Below, in pieces: positions 36,798-46,557 of a DNA stretch of 64,000 nt; position 1 is the stretch's first letter; each line of letters starts with the position of its first letter. The notes under the pieces are model-generated. The model ran no database searches, was not told the origin of the DNA, and saw only the letters and a program-made list of their open reading frames with translations. This DNA is from Polyangiales bacterium (lineage in GTDB: Bacteria > Myxococcota_A > Polyangia > Polyangiales > Ga0077539), in the NCBI GenBank assembly GCA_044229975.1, contig JBGARZ010000006.1, forward strand, positions 352,001 through 416,000, read 5' to 3'. A program made the translations under genes and the position numbers.

Positions 36798-37634
36798 ATG
36801 GAGACGACTGACGACAGCACCGCGCTCGTCATCGCCGGCAGCGACTCGTCCGGGTGCGCTGGACTCCAGGCCGACCTGCGCGCCCTCGATGCGCTGGGCG
36901 TTCATGGCTTGAGCGTCGTCACGCTCGTCACCGCGCGGGGAAAGCGCGGCATGAAGAAGGTCGACCCGCTGCGGAGTGAGCTCGTCCGCGCGCAGCTCGC
37001 CGCCGCCACCGAGACGGGTTTACCCAATGCGGTAAAGGTCGGCGCGCTGGGCAACGCCGCCGTCGTCGAGATCGTCGCCGATGCCCTCCGGCAGATGGGA
37101 GCCGTCCCCGTGGTGCTCGACCCCGTCATCACTCCGGTGCAAGGGAGGGTGTTGCTCGATGAGTCGGGCTTCGCGGCGCTGCTGCGGGAGCTGGTTCCGC
37201 TGGCGGGGCTGTTGGTGCCCAACCGTGAAGAGGCGGGGCGGCTCGTCGGGAAGACCGTCTCCACGCAACGACAGGCGCGCTCGGCCTGCCAGGCGCTCGT
37301 GGGAATGGGCGCGCAGGCCGTGCTGCTCAAGGGCGGACACTTCGACGACAATGATTGTATCGATCTGCTTTATGATGGCAGCGACTTCGTAGAGCTGCGC
37401 GTTGCACGAAGAGCCCTCCCCCCGATGCTGGGACTCGGGTGTGCGCTGTCGTCGCTGGTCACCGGCGCGCTCGCGCTCGGGAGCCCGCTCGTCGATGCGG
37501 TGGTGCGTGCCCACGCCATCGTGCAACGGGCCGTCGAGCATCCGCGCAAGCTCGCCGATGGGGTGTCGCGGCTGAGCGATCTGCGCGCGGCCGTCGCCGC
37601 GGTGGACGGTCAGGGAGCCGACGCGTCGGGCTGA
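36798..37634 (+). CDS. thiD: Hydroxymethylpyrimidine(-phosphate) kinase family
   Basis: IAGSDSSGCAGLQADL, VLDPV, PNREEA, LLKGGH; some motifs divergent (GLGC). Confidence 0.82.
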   Translation: METTDDSTALVIAGSDSSGCAGLQADLRALDALGVHGLSVVTLVTARGKRGMKKVDPLRSELVRAQLAAATETGLPNAVKVGALGNAAVVEIVADALRQMGAVPVVLDPVITPVQGRVLLDESGFAALLRELVPLAGLLVPNREEAGRLVGKTVSTQRQARSACQALVGMGAQAVLLKGGHFDDNDCIDLLYDGSDFVELRVARRALPPMLGLGCALSSLVTGALALGSPLVDAVVRAHAIVQRAVEHPRKLADGVSRLSDLRAAVAAVDGQGADASG

Positions 37635-38080
37635 GGAGAGCGGCCGCCGCCCGCGCGGATGGCCTCCACCGTGGGAAACACCAGGTCGATGCGCCAACGG
37701 CCGCCCTCGCGGACGAGAGGGACGTCCGCCACGCCGCCGCCCGTTCCACGGACGGTGACCACCGCGCGCTGGTCGGTGATGCGAGAGGCCATCGCCGACG
37801 GGTCGAAGTCGAGGCGCAGTCGAACGCGGCCAGGGGCGATCATTTCCCAGGGCTGGAGTTCCCACCCGGAGAGCTGGGAGGCCTGCTGGGCGCGCTCGGT
37901 GAGGGCGTCCTGCGCGCGCTGCGAGAGCAGGTCGTACATGCGATGGCGGGCCGTGTTGTCCGTGCGCGCGGACTGCACCGCGCGGGCAAAGGCCTCAACC
38001 GTGGACTCAGGGGTCTCGCCGGGCGCGCGACTGCACGCCGAGACGATGAGCGCGAGGGCGAGGAGACGCCGCACGCTCAT
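37610..38080 (-). CDS. Hypothetical lipoprotein
   Basis: MSVRRLLALALIVSAC; LVREGGRWRI end pattern. Confidence 0.75.
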   Translation of the reverse strand: MSVRRLLALALIVSACSRAPGETPESTVEAFARAVQSARTDNTARHRMYDLLSQRAQDALTERAQQASQLSGWELQPWEMIAPGRVRLRLDFDPSAMASRITDQRAVVTVRGTGGGVADVPLVREGGRWRIDLVFPTVEAIRAGGGRSPQPDASAP

Positions 38081-38682
38081 CGCGCTCGAACGAGGCCCGC
38101 GTTGACCGTGGCGCGAAACACCAGGCCCGCCAGGATCTCGATGGCGCTGTCGTCGCGGCCCGTACCCTGGGCGAACCAGGGCTTCGCCGCGATGTAGCGG
38201 GTGGCGAGGCGGAGCGACCAGAGCGTGGTGGTTCCGACGTAGAGGGGGAGGTCGGCGCCGCCGCCCAGCACGAAGCCGAAGCCGCTGGCGTCGGAGGAGC
38301 CGGGGCGCAGCCACGCCGCGCCGAGCTCGATGCCGATGGAGTCGACGAAGAGGTCGAGCCAGCGTGAGCCGCGCTCGTAGTCGTAGGACCAGCGCGCGAA
38401 GAAGGCCGGGCGGAAGTCCACCGCGGCGAACAGCAAGTCGTAGCGGGCGCCCGTGAACGCGCGGTCGTAGCCGACGACGGCGCCCACCATGTCGAGCGAT
38501 CGCGCTCGCACCGCGACGGAGCCAGCGCCCGACCAGGCGCCGGTGTCGGCGGCGCCGCCGAGCACCTCGACGGAGAGCGAGAGGTCGCCGCGCAGACGAC
38601 CGTAGACGCCGTCCGCGGTCTGCGCGGACGCCGAGGAGGACGCGGTCAGGAATACAAGGGCAGGTAAGAGGGCGGGGCGCAT
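38077..38682 (-). CDS. Exported beta-strand-rich protein (possible small outer-membrane barrel)
   Basis: Signal peptide ending ASA-Q; alternating amphipathic strands. Confidence 0.65.
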   Translation of the reverse strand: MRPALLPALVFLTASSSASAQTADGVYGRLRGDLSLSVEVLGGAADTGAWSGAGSVAVRARSLDMVGAVVGYDRAFTGARYDLLFAAVDFRPAFFARWSYDYERGSRWLDLFVDSIGIELGAAWLRPGSSDASGFGFVLGGGADLPLYVGTTTLWSLRLATRYIAAKPWFAQGTGRDDSAIEILAGLVFRATVNAGLVRAR

Positions 38683-38837
38683 CGGAGAGAGGATGGGGAC
38701 GGCGCGGACCGTATCACAGGGGCCGAGTGTGCCGTATCCGCACGGGGCTGACGGGGGAGTCGCGTCGCAAACGGCACGGTATTTCCCGATGAAACGCGAA
38801 GGAGCGCGTGGCCTGCTTCGTGCGATGGGCGCCTCGC

Positions 38838-40505
38838 ATGAGACAACTGATCTTGTCGGCAGCGGGGCTGCTGGTGGCCTCGTGGGCGATCGCGGCCTGT
38901 GGGAGCGACTCGGCCACGGCGCCAAACAGCCCGGGTGGGCCGTGGTTGAACACCGACGCGGGGAGCACGGCGACGGACATCGGGTCGAGGCCGCAGCCGG
39001 CCGTGGACGCGGGGCTGCCGCCGGAGGTGGAGGAGCGGCGGGCCTTCGAGACGCCGCAGGCGGGCGCGCGCTTCGTGTACGTGGCCAACCCGAGGCGGGA
39101 CAACGTCGCGGTCATCGACTCGCAGACGCTCGCCATCACGTCGATCGAGGCGGGGGATGGGCCGACGTATCTGGCGACGGTTCCGGGGAGGGACGAGGCG
39201 CTGGTCATCAACGTCAACGCGTCGACGGCGACCCTGCTGCGCACGACGACCGCGGGAACGACCACGGTGCAGATGCCCGTGGTCGGAGGCGCCAACGCCA
39301 TCGCCATCGCGCCGGGCGGGCATTACGCGGTGGTGTATCTCGACACCACGCAGCCCAACAGCGGGGTACCGGCGGGGAGCTTTCAGGAGATCGCCGTGCT
39401 GCGGCTCGACGCCGGCATGGAGCGGGGGTTGCTGCTCTCGGTGGGCTTCAGGCCCGTCGACGTGACCTTCAGCGCGGACGGCGAGACGGGCTTCGTCATC
39501 ACCGAAGACGGAGTGTCCATCCTGCGATTTGCGTCGCTCACGGGGCCGGCGCTGGTGCCGACGGTGTCGTTCTATGACGACAGCATCGTCGCGCCGACGG
39601 ACGGGGGCGTGGCGGATGGCGGAGTCGTGGGGATTCCGAGGGACGCGCGCGCCGAGGACGTGTCGGTCACGCGTGATGGTCGGTATGCGATCGCGCGCTT
39701 CGCGGCGAGCTCGCTGGTGCGGGTGGTGGATCTCGTCGCGCGAACGGTGCAGACGGTGGACCTCGGCTCGCAGGTGACCGACCTCGACGTGTCGCCCGAT
39801 GGGACCTTCGCGCTCGCGGCGCTGAGGGATCAGTCGCGGGTGTTGCGAGTGCCCATCCCAGCGGGGTTTGCGGATGCTTCGGCGCGGCGGGCGATCGATC
39901 TGCCGGGCGAGGTGGTGGGGTCGATCACGCTGACGCCCGATGGGACGCGGGCGCTGGTGTACAGCACGGCGGCGATGACCGAGCGCGCGACGCTGCTCGA
40001 CCTCGCGGGGGGAGCGGCGCCGTCGGTGCTGCGGCTGCGGAAGACCGTGCGCGCGGTGGCGTTTGCGCCCGATGGGCGGTCGGCGCTTATCGTTCATGGG
40101 AGGACGGAGGGCGACCCGATGGCGGCGGGGCTGGACCTCGAAGCGCAGATCGATCGCTCGTACGGGTATTCGTTGTTGGATGTGGGCGAGCGCTTCATCC
40201 GACTTCAGTTGACATCGGCGGAGGTGGGGCCGTTTGCGCTGGTTCCGGGTGGGACGCACGCGTTCGTGCTGCTGCGGGACGATGCGCGGGGTGTGTCGAA
40301 GGTGCAGCGCATCACGCTGGGGAGCTTCACCGTGCAAGACCTCGCATTGGGTTCACCGCCGCGCTCGGTGGGGGCGGTGCCGACGACGGAGCGGGCCTTC
40401 ATCGGGCAAGAGCACCCGGAGGGGCGCATCACCTTCATCGACTGGAACACCGGGGCCCAGCAGTCGATCACGGGCTTTGAGCTCAACAGCAGGATCGTGG
40501 AGTGA
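38838..40505 (+). CDS. Beta-propeller lipoprotein (YncE-like repeats)
   Basis: IAAC lipobox; repeated (S/T/A)PDG blade motifs; VYVANP. Confidence 0.8.
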   Translation: MRQLILSAAGLLVASWAIAACGSDSATAPNSPGGPWLNTDAGSTATDIGSRPQPAVDAGLPPEVEERRAFETPQAGARFVYVANPRRDNVAVIDSQTLAITSIEAGDGPTYLATVPGRDEALVINVNASTATLLRTTTAGTTTVQMPVVGGANAIAIAPGGHYAVVYLDTTQPNSGVPAGSFQEIAVLRLDAGMERGLLLSVGFRPVDVTFSADGETGFVITEDGVSILRFASLTGPALVPTVSFYDDSIVAPTDGGVADGGVVGIPRDARAEDVSVTRDGRYAIARFAASSLVRVVDLVARTVQTVDLGSQVTDLDVSPDGTFALAALRDQSRVLRVPIPAGFADASARRAIDLPGEVVGSITLTPDGTRALVYSTAAMTERATLLDLAGGAAPSVLRLRKTVRAVAFAPDGRSALIVHGRTEGDPMAAGLDLEAQIDRSYGYSLLDVGERFIRLQLTSAEVGPFALVPGGTHAFVLLRDDARGVSKVQRITLGSFTVQDLALGSPPRSVGAVPTTERAFIGQEHPEGRITFIDWNTGAQQSITGFELNSRIVE

Positions 40506-40590
40506 GCACCGTCATGAAGACTCTCAATACAGTACGGATTCCGGCGTCCTCACGGCCGCCGGTTCCTCGAAGCGGGCGGGACGGGCGGGG

Positions 40591-42198
40591 GTGGCGGTGG
40601 GAGCGATGGCGCTCGCGGTGGTGATCGCGGGGTGTGACGATCGGGACACGCGGTACACGCGCTCGATGGCGTCGCTGGCGCCAGTCGCTGCGGGTGGGGC
40701 GGTCGTCTATGTGCAGCCCGCGCTCAATCGCGCCGTGGTCGTCGACCTCACGCCGGATACGCCTTCGGTGCGGTCGGTCCCGGTCGGGGATGATCCGGTG
40801 GTGGTGACGCCTCGGGCAGCGGCGGCAGGAGCGGTAGGGACGGAGTCGGAGGCGTTGGTGTTGTCGCGTGGACAGCGAGGTGCGCTCGGGGTCGCGCCGA
40901 CGCCGGGGTCGCTCACGGCGGTGACCGCGGCGGGTGTGGCACGGCGATGGAGCCTCGGCTCTCCCTTCAACGCGCTCGCCCAGACCGACGATGGTCGGTA
41001 TGCGATGGCGTACTTCAGCAGCCGAAATGCGAGCGCGGGGCGGTTGTTGTTCAACCCCAATGAGGTGGCCATCGTCGACCTCAGGGCGACCGCGGCGACG
41101 CCCACCGTGGCGCCCGTCATCAGGACGGTGCGGAGCTTCGGGGGTGTTCCGAATGGGGTTGTCTTCTCGCCGCAGATGACCGTCGCGGGTGAGCCGCGGA
41201 CGCTCGCGGTGGTGCTGTCGGACGCGTACGTCACGGTGATCGACCTCAACCACCCCGATCGTAGCGAGATCACCGTGCGCCTCACGTTGCCCGAAGACGC
41301 CCGCGCCGTCGCGCCCGCCCAGGTGCTCTTCGATGCCGACAACGCCACGATGTACCTGCGGGCCGATCAGTCCAATGACCTCTATGTGCTGAAGCTCTTG
41401 CCGGTGACGCCGGACTCGGCGACGGGCAACGACTTCCGGCCGTCGCTCAATCAGCTCGCGGCAGGCGTTCGACCCGCGGACATCGCGCTCTTCGGGGCGA
41501 CCACCGGGCGCAAGCTGCTGGTGGTGTCACCGGGCAGCCGCGACGCGCGGGTCATCGATACGGTGGCCAATACCACCACGGTGATTCCGCTCGATGCGGT
41601 GGCCAATCGGATCCTGTTGTTCGATGGGGCGCCCGCGGGGTCGACGACGCCGATTCCGCGCGCGCTGCTGTACGCCACGCAGGGCGTGTCCAATGCGGTG
41701 AGCTTTCTGGAACTCGCGGAGATCGAGTCGCGGCGCTCGCAGAACGTCGAGGCGCTCCAGCTCGGGCGAACCATCAACCAGGCGCTCGCGCTTCCTGAGC
41801 GAGGCGTCGTGATGTTTGGTCATCCGACGAGCTCGATGGGGAGCCTGTCGCTGCTCAACCTGACCACGCGAACGGCGTCGCCGATCTTCTCCGAAGTGGC
41901 CCTGGAGAACGCGCGCTTCGACGACGATCGACGGGCGCTGTGGGTGGCGCCGCCGACGGGGCAACGCCTCGGCTTCATCGAGCTGCAGAACTTCCGACCA
42001 GGGGAGATCAGGCTCGATGCGACGGTGACGGAGGTGATCCCGGTGTCGCGCGGAACCGAGCGGCGCGTGGTGGCGCTGCACGACGCCGAGGACGGCTGGA
42101 TCACGGTGGTGGACGGCAACGAGCCCACGCGGGCGACGGCGCGGTCGATGCGGGGCTTCCTGTTGACGGGTCTGTTGGACGAAGGCGAGGCGCAGTGA
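40591..42198 (+). CDS. Second beta-propeller-like lipoprotein
   Basis: IAGC lipobox; LFNPNEVAIVDL; start uncertain (see findings). Confidence 0.75.
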   Translation: MAVGAMALAVVIAGCDDRDTRYTRSMASLAPVAAGGAVVYVQPALNRAVVVDLTPDTPSVRSVPVGDDPVVVTPRAAAAGAVGTESEALVLSRGQRGALGVAPTPGSLTAVTAAGVARRWSLGSPFNALAQTDDGRYAMAYFSSRNASAGRLLFNPNEVAIVDLRATAATPTVAPVIRTVRSFGGVPNGVVFSPQMTVAGEPRTLAVVLSDAYVTVIDLNHPDRSEITVRLTLPEDARAVAPAQVLFDADNATMYLRADQSNDLYVLKLLPVTPDSATGNDFRPSLNQLAAGVRPADIALFGATTGRKLLVVSPGSRDARVIDTVANTTTVIPLDAVANRILLFDGAPAGSTTPIPRALLYATQGVSNAVSFLELAEIESRRSQNVEALQLGRTINQALALPERGVVMFGHPTSSMGSLSLLNLTTRTASPIFSEVALENARFDDDRRALWVAPPTGQRLGFIELQNFRPGEIRLDATVTEVIPVSRGTERRVVALHDAEDGWITVVDGNEPTRATARSMRGFLLTGLLDEGEAQ

Positions 42199-42896
42199 TG
42201 ATGACGCGCGTGGCGGTGGTGCTGGGTGCGCTGGCGGTGATGGCTGCGGCGACGAGCGCCGAGGCGCAGATGCGCCCGGTGGATGCGCCGTGGCGGGTGA
42301 GCCTGGAGGTCGGCGGGCGGTGGCATCGGGACCAGGCCCTGGATGCCTTCAGCACGACGAGATCGCCGGCGGCGTTCGGGCTCTCGGTGTCGCGGGACGT
42401 TGCACGGTTTGGCGACCGGACGGCGTTGGCCGTGGACCTCAACTGGAACAACGCCGTGCTCGAAGGGCAGTTGCGGGAGGCGTTGCAGGCGCGGATGACC
42501 GTTCACTCGATGAGCGCGGGACTGACGGTGCGGTGGCGGCTGCTGTGGTGGCTGGAGCCGTACGGGCGGCTCGCCGCGGGGGCGATGTACTCGGACCTCA
42601 CGCTGACGCCCGAGCAGAGCACGTCGGGGGCGCTGACCGGGGATGCGTGGGCGTTCATGGCGTCGGCGGGGGCGGGCGTGCAGGTGACGACGGGGAGGTT
42701 TCTCGGGCCGCTGCGATTGGTGATCGGGCTGGAGGGCGGGTACCAGATGGCGCTCGATCAGGGGATGAGCGTGCGGCAGCAGCGGTTGTTGGACGACGCA
42801 GCGGAGGCCGATCGGTTGCCCGCGGCGGAGACCAACCTTGGCAGCGTGAACCTGAGCGGCGGATACCTGCGGTGGATGCTGGGGTTCAGGTTCTGA
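42198..42896 (+). CDS. Outer-membrane beta-barrel protein
   Basis: Signal peptide ending AEA-Q; amphipathic strands; C-terminal LGFRF. Confidence 0.75.
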   Translation: MMTRVAVVLGALAVMAAATSAEAQMRPVDAPWRVSLEVGGRWHRDQALDAFSTTRSPAAFGLSVSRDVARFGDRTALAVDLNWNNAVLEGQLREALQARMTVHSMSAGLTVRWRLLWWLEPYGRLAAGAMYSDLTLTPEQSTSGALTGDAWAFMASAGAGVQVTTGRFLGPLRLVIGLEGGYQMALDQGMSVRQQRLLDDAAEADRLPAAETNLGSVNLSGGYLRWMLGFRF

Positions 42897-42921
42897 CGAA
42901 GGAGAGAGCACCTCAAGTGGC

Positions 42922-45276
42922 ATGAGAGGTGCGATGGTCGGCCGCATGAGCGGGACGACGGGACCCTTCGGAGGAGTGCTTTCCCTCGACAATGGTGTCA
43001 CCCGAGAGGTGCTGACGGAGGCGCTGGCGGCAGCCCTCGTGGCCACACAGGGGCGCGCGTACACGTTGCCGGTCGAGGCGGCGGATGCCGAGATGGCGCG
43101 GGTGGTGTTCTTCCGCTTCGAGGCGGAGGGCGTGCGCTACGAGGGTGACGTCTCGCGCTTGCAGCCGTGGCGGCTGGAGTCGCCATCGACGGCAGAGGCG
43201 CTCGCGGCGCTGGCGAGCGTCGGGCGGTGTCTCGGGCGGCTCCATGAGCGCGGCATCGTCCACGGTGACCTGCGCGCGGAGATGCTCCGCGTCGATGAAG
43301 CGGGGAAGGTGACGGTGCTGGTTCCGGCGCACGCGAGCGCGCCGGGGGCGGTGTTGAAGGCGCGGCTGCACCCGGGTGGAGCACCGGCGATCGCGGTGGG
43401 TTTTGCGGCGCCCGAAGCGGTGGAAGGCGCGGAGGTGACGGCGGCGACGGACGTGTACGGGCTCGCGGCCATCGCCTACGCGACGCTCACCGGGCAAGCG
43501 CCGCTGGGACAGGTGGAGCGCACGGCGGCGCGAAGTCTCAGCGGGTCTGGCGCGTTGGTCGATGGGGCGCTCAGGCAGGTTCCGCCGATGCGGCCGAGCA
43601 TGGAGACGCTCGTCAACGGGCTCGCGAAGGGGGCGGCGTCGTGGAACTCCGAGGAGGCACTGCACAGCAGCGCGTACCGCACGGCTCCGCATGGGCAGGC
43701 CGCGACGCCAGGGGTGGTCGGAGCGGGCGCGCCGGACATCTCGCCGGTGTTGGTGCTGGTGCTGGTGATTGGTGGGCTCTGCGCCTTCGTGGGCGCGGTG
43801 CTGCTCGTGGTCGCGGTCGGGGACGCGGTCGGTGCGGCCGGGCGTGTGGCGACGCTGCTCGGGGTCGCGGCGCTGTCGTGGGGCGCCGGGGCGCTCGCGG
43901 GGCGCTACCGCATCGACGCGGGGGTGACCGTGGGGCGCGGGCTCGCCGGGCTCTTTGCGACGGTCGCGGTGGCGTATGCGTTCTCGCAGCTCGACGAGGT
44001 GGGGCGCCTCGGGCTGCTCATCGGACTCACGACGGGGGCCTTCGTCGGCGGCGCGATGGCCGGGAAGCGCGGTGCGCCGTTGGGTGGCGTGGTGTTGCTC
44101 GCGCTGGGGAGTCAGCTCCTCTGGGTCGTCGGCGCGCAGATCATCAGCATGAGCCATGTGGGCGACGGTCCGGGCGTCATCGCGGTGCTCGCGGCGGTGG
44201 TCTCGCTCGTGACGTACGGACTCGCGCTGCTGCGACGAACGGGGCCCTTCGGCGTGCTCGCGGCGATGGACGTCGCGGTGCTGTGCGCGTCGCTCGGGGC
44301 GTACCTGCGGACGGGGACGGTGATGGGGCCGGCGACGTTTGCGCTGGGCGTGGCCGGGCTGTACGCGCTGCTCGCGCAGCTCGCGGCGTGGCGTGAGGCG
44401 AAGAGCACAGCACTGCCGATGACACTGGGGGCGGCCGGTGCGGCGGGGCTGAGCGCGCTCGCGGGCGGTGTGGTGATGGTCGATCACTGGGACACGCACG
44501 GGCTGCTGGGCGCGGCGTGGCCCTTCGTGGTGGCGGCAGCGGCCGCGGTGGCGGTGGTGGCGAAGGCGTCGTCGCCGCTGAAGGACGCGGCGGCCTTCGT
44601 GGTGGGGGCGATCGTGGTGCTCGCGCCGACGAGCGAGGCGATGCTGCGCGACGAGCTGGGGTTCACGCTCTTCGCGGTGGGCGTCGGCGGTGCGGTGCTG
44701 GCGGCGGCGCTGTGGCGGCCGGAGCTGAAGGAGCGCGGGGAGGTTCGCGCGGAGGCGCTGCTGGCGGGGTTGTTCGGGGTGATGGCGTCGCCGGACGCGC
44801 GGCTGTTGCACGCCATCGGGGAAGGCCGCGGTGAGTGGTTGGCGGGAGACAGCGGCGGGCGCTGGGTGGTGATGGGGGCCGTGTCAGTGGGATTGCTGGT
44901 GATGTCGTACGCGGTGACGACGCGGGTGAGCCGCGCGCGCTACCGGCTGCTGGAGGTGGCGGCGCTGGTGCAGTGGTTTGGGGTGCTGACGCTGCAGGTG
45001 CTGGCGGCGCATCGGGAGGCGGCGCCCGCAGCGCTCGTGCTGGGGTCGGCGGGGGGACTGGTGGCGCTGGCGGTGGGGACGCGGCGCGCGGCGGTGCTGT
45101 TGATCTCGGTGGCCGCGCTGATCGTGAACCTGTGGGTGCAGTACTTCGCGCGGCTGGAAGGGGTGTTTCCGTTGTCGGTGAGGCTGGTGGGGTTCGGCGT
45201 CGGGCTGCTGGTGGGCGGCGTGCTGTACGAACAGCAGGTGAAGCAGCGGCTCTCGCGGCTGAAGGACTGGGGATAG
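42922..45276 (+). CDS. Degenerate kinase-like domain fused to a large polytopic membrane domain
   Basis: HGDLRAE, FAAPE and DVYGL but no DFG; about 500 aa of consecutive hydrophobic helices. Confidence 0.75.
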   Translation: MRGAMVGRMSGTTGPFGGVLSLDNGVTREVLTEALAAALVATQGRAYTLPVEAADAEMARVVFFRFEAEGVRYEGDVSRLQPWRLESPSTAEALAALASVGRCLGRLHERGIVHGDLRAEMLRVDEAGKVTVLVPAHASAPGAVLKARLHPGGAPAIAVGFAAPEAVEGAEVTAATDVYGLAAIAYATLTGQAPLGQVERTAARSLSGSGALVDGALRQVPPMRPSMETLVNGLAKGAASWNSEEALHSSAYRTAPHGQAATPGVVGAGAPDISPVLVLVLVIGGLCAFVGAVLLVVAVGDAVGAAGRVATLLGVAALSWGAGALAGRYRIDAGVTVGRGLAGLFATVAVAYAFSQLDEVGRLGLLIGLTTGAFVGGAMAGKRGAPLGGVVLLALGSQLLWVVGAQIISMSHVGDGPGVIAVLAAVVSLVTYGLALLRRTGPFGVLAAMDVAVLCASLGAYLRTGTVMGPATFALGVAGLYALLAQLAAWREAKSTALPMTLGAAGAAGLSALAGGVVMVDHWDTHGLLGAAWPFVVAAAAAVAVVAKASSPLKDAAAFVVGAIVVLAPTSEAMLRDELGFTLFAVGVGGAVLAAALWRPELKERGEVRAEALLAGLFGVMASPDARLLHAIGEGRGEWLAGDSGGRWVVMGAVSVGLLVMSYAVTTRVSRARYRLLEVAALVQWFGVLTLQVLAAHREAAPAALVLGSAGGLVALAVGTRRAAVLLISVAALIVNLWVQYFARLEGVFPLSVRLVGFGVGLLVGGVLYEQQVKQRLSRLKDWG

Positions 45277-45291
45277 GCGAGGGCGGGAATA

Positions 45292-45362
45292 CCCTATCGG
45301 GTAAGGCCGGGTGCTGGGGCGTGGGCGGACGCGTCCCTATCGGGTAAGGCCGGGTGCTGGGG
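45292..45362. repeat. Two identical 28-bp direct repeats (43-bp period)
   Basis: ccctatcgggtaaggccgggtgctgggg at 45292-45319 and 45335-45362. Confidence 0.9.
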
Positions 45363-46557
45363 ACGTGAGCGGGGGCTCGTCTCGGCGCGAGCGGGCCATC
45401 ATTCCGAGCGCGGCGAGCGACGCGAAGAGGGCGCCGACCCCGAAGGCCACCCGCGGGCCGTGCCACCGCAGCAGCTTCCCGAACATCACGCTCGCCGGGA
45501 GCACCATCAATCCCGCCACCAGGTTGAACGCCCCGTACGCCCGACCCAACGAGCGCTCGCCCGCCAGCGTCGCGACCAGGGCCCGCTCGGTCCCCTCGGT
45601 GAGCCCGTAGTAGGCGCCGTAGACCAGCAGCGCGATGGCTGCCATCCAGGGCTTCGTCGACAGCCCGAAGCCCAGCCACGCCACCGCGTACAGACACCAG
45701 CCCAGCGTCAACGCCCGCGCCCGCCCGATGCGGTCGGCTACCCAACCGCCCGGAACCGTCGACGCCGCGCGCAGCAGCGACAGCGCGCCCCAAGCCAGAG
45801 GAATCCACCGCGTCGCGACCCCGAGCTGGTGCGCCCGCAGCACGAGAAACCCATCGCTCGCGTTGCCCAGCGAAAATACACCGACCAGTAAGAGAAAGCG
45901 CTTGAGCGCGCCCGGCAGCGGCGCCCGCGCGTCGTCGGCCGCGGCCTTCTTCGTCTCCGCGGTCTCGACCACCGGCGTCTCGCGCACGAAGAACACCACC
46001 GCCAGCAGCGCGAGCGTCCCCGGCACGATGGTCGCCGCGAACACCATCCGCAGGTCGTCGTGCGTCGCCGTGAGCACCGCCAGCGCCACGAGCGGGCCGA
46101 ACACCGCGCCCAGATTGTCCATCCCGCGGTGGAACCCGAACGCGTACGCCCGGTGCTTCTCGGGCGTCTCGCGCGCGATGAGCACGTCGCGCGGCGCCGT
46201 GCGGATGCCTTTGCCCACGCGGTCGACGAAGCGCACCGCGAGCACCTGCCACGGCGCCGCGGCCAGCGAGAGCAGCGGCCGCACCAGGTTGGCCACGCCG
46301 TACCCGAGCAGCACCACGGGCTTCTTGCGCGGCATCCGGTCGGACACCTTGCCCGAGATGAACTTCACCACCGCCGCGGTCGCCTCCGCGACGCCCTCGA
46401 CGAGGCCCACCCAGTCGGCCGACGCGTGCAGCGTCACCGTCAAGAACAGCGGCAGGTACGGCACCACCATGTCGGCCGCCACGTCGGTGAGGAAGCTCAC
46501 CGCCGACAGCGCCACCACCGCGCGCGCCAGCTTCGGGCGCGTGTCGCCCGCGCTCAC
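45337..46557 (-). CDS. MFS transporter
   Basis: GLVEGVAE, DRVGKGIRTAPRD, FGFHRGMD; GTGA overlap with the upstream gene. Confidence 0.92.
   Translation of the reverse strand: MSAGDTRPKLARAVVALSAVSFLTDVAADMVVPYLPLFLTVTLHASADWVGLVEGVAEATAAVVKFISGKVSDRMPRKKPVVLLGYGVANLVRPLLSLAAAPWQVLAVRFVDRVGKGIRTAPRDVLIARETPEKHRAYAFGFHRGMDNLGAVFGPLVALAVLTATHDDLRMVFAATIVPGTLALLAVVFFVRETPVVETAETKKAAADDARAPLPGALKRFLLLVGVFSLGNASDGFLVLRAHQLGVATRWIPLAWGALSLLRAASTVPGGWVADRIGRARALTLGWCLYAVAWLGFGLSTKPWMAAIALLVYGAYYGLTEGTERALVATLAGERSLGRAYGAFNLVAGLMVLPASVMFGKLLRWHGPRVAFGVGALFASLAALGMMARSRRDEPPLTSPAPGLTR

Noticed and set aside
29260..36832. Extended N-termini of the 879-aa and 759-aa ORFs
   Set aside because: Antisense read-through over bioF and the lipase gene
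45292..45362. Mini-CRISPR (28-bp repeats)
   Set aside because: Only two copies with a 15-bp gap, no cas genes or leader, and a related inverted copy elsewhere
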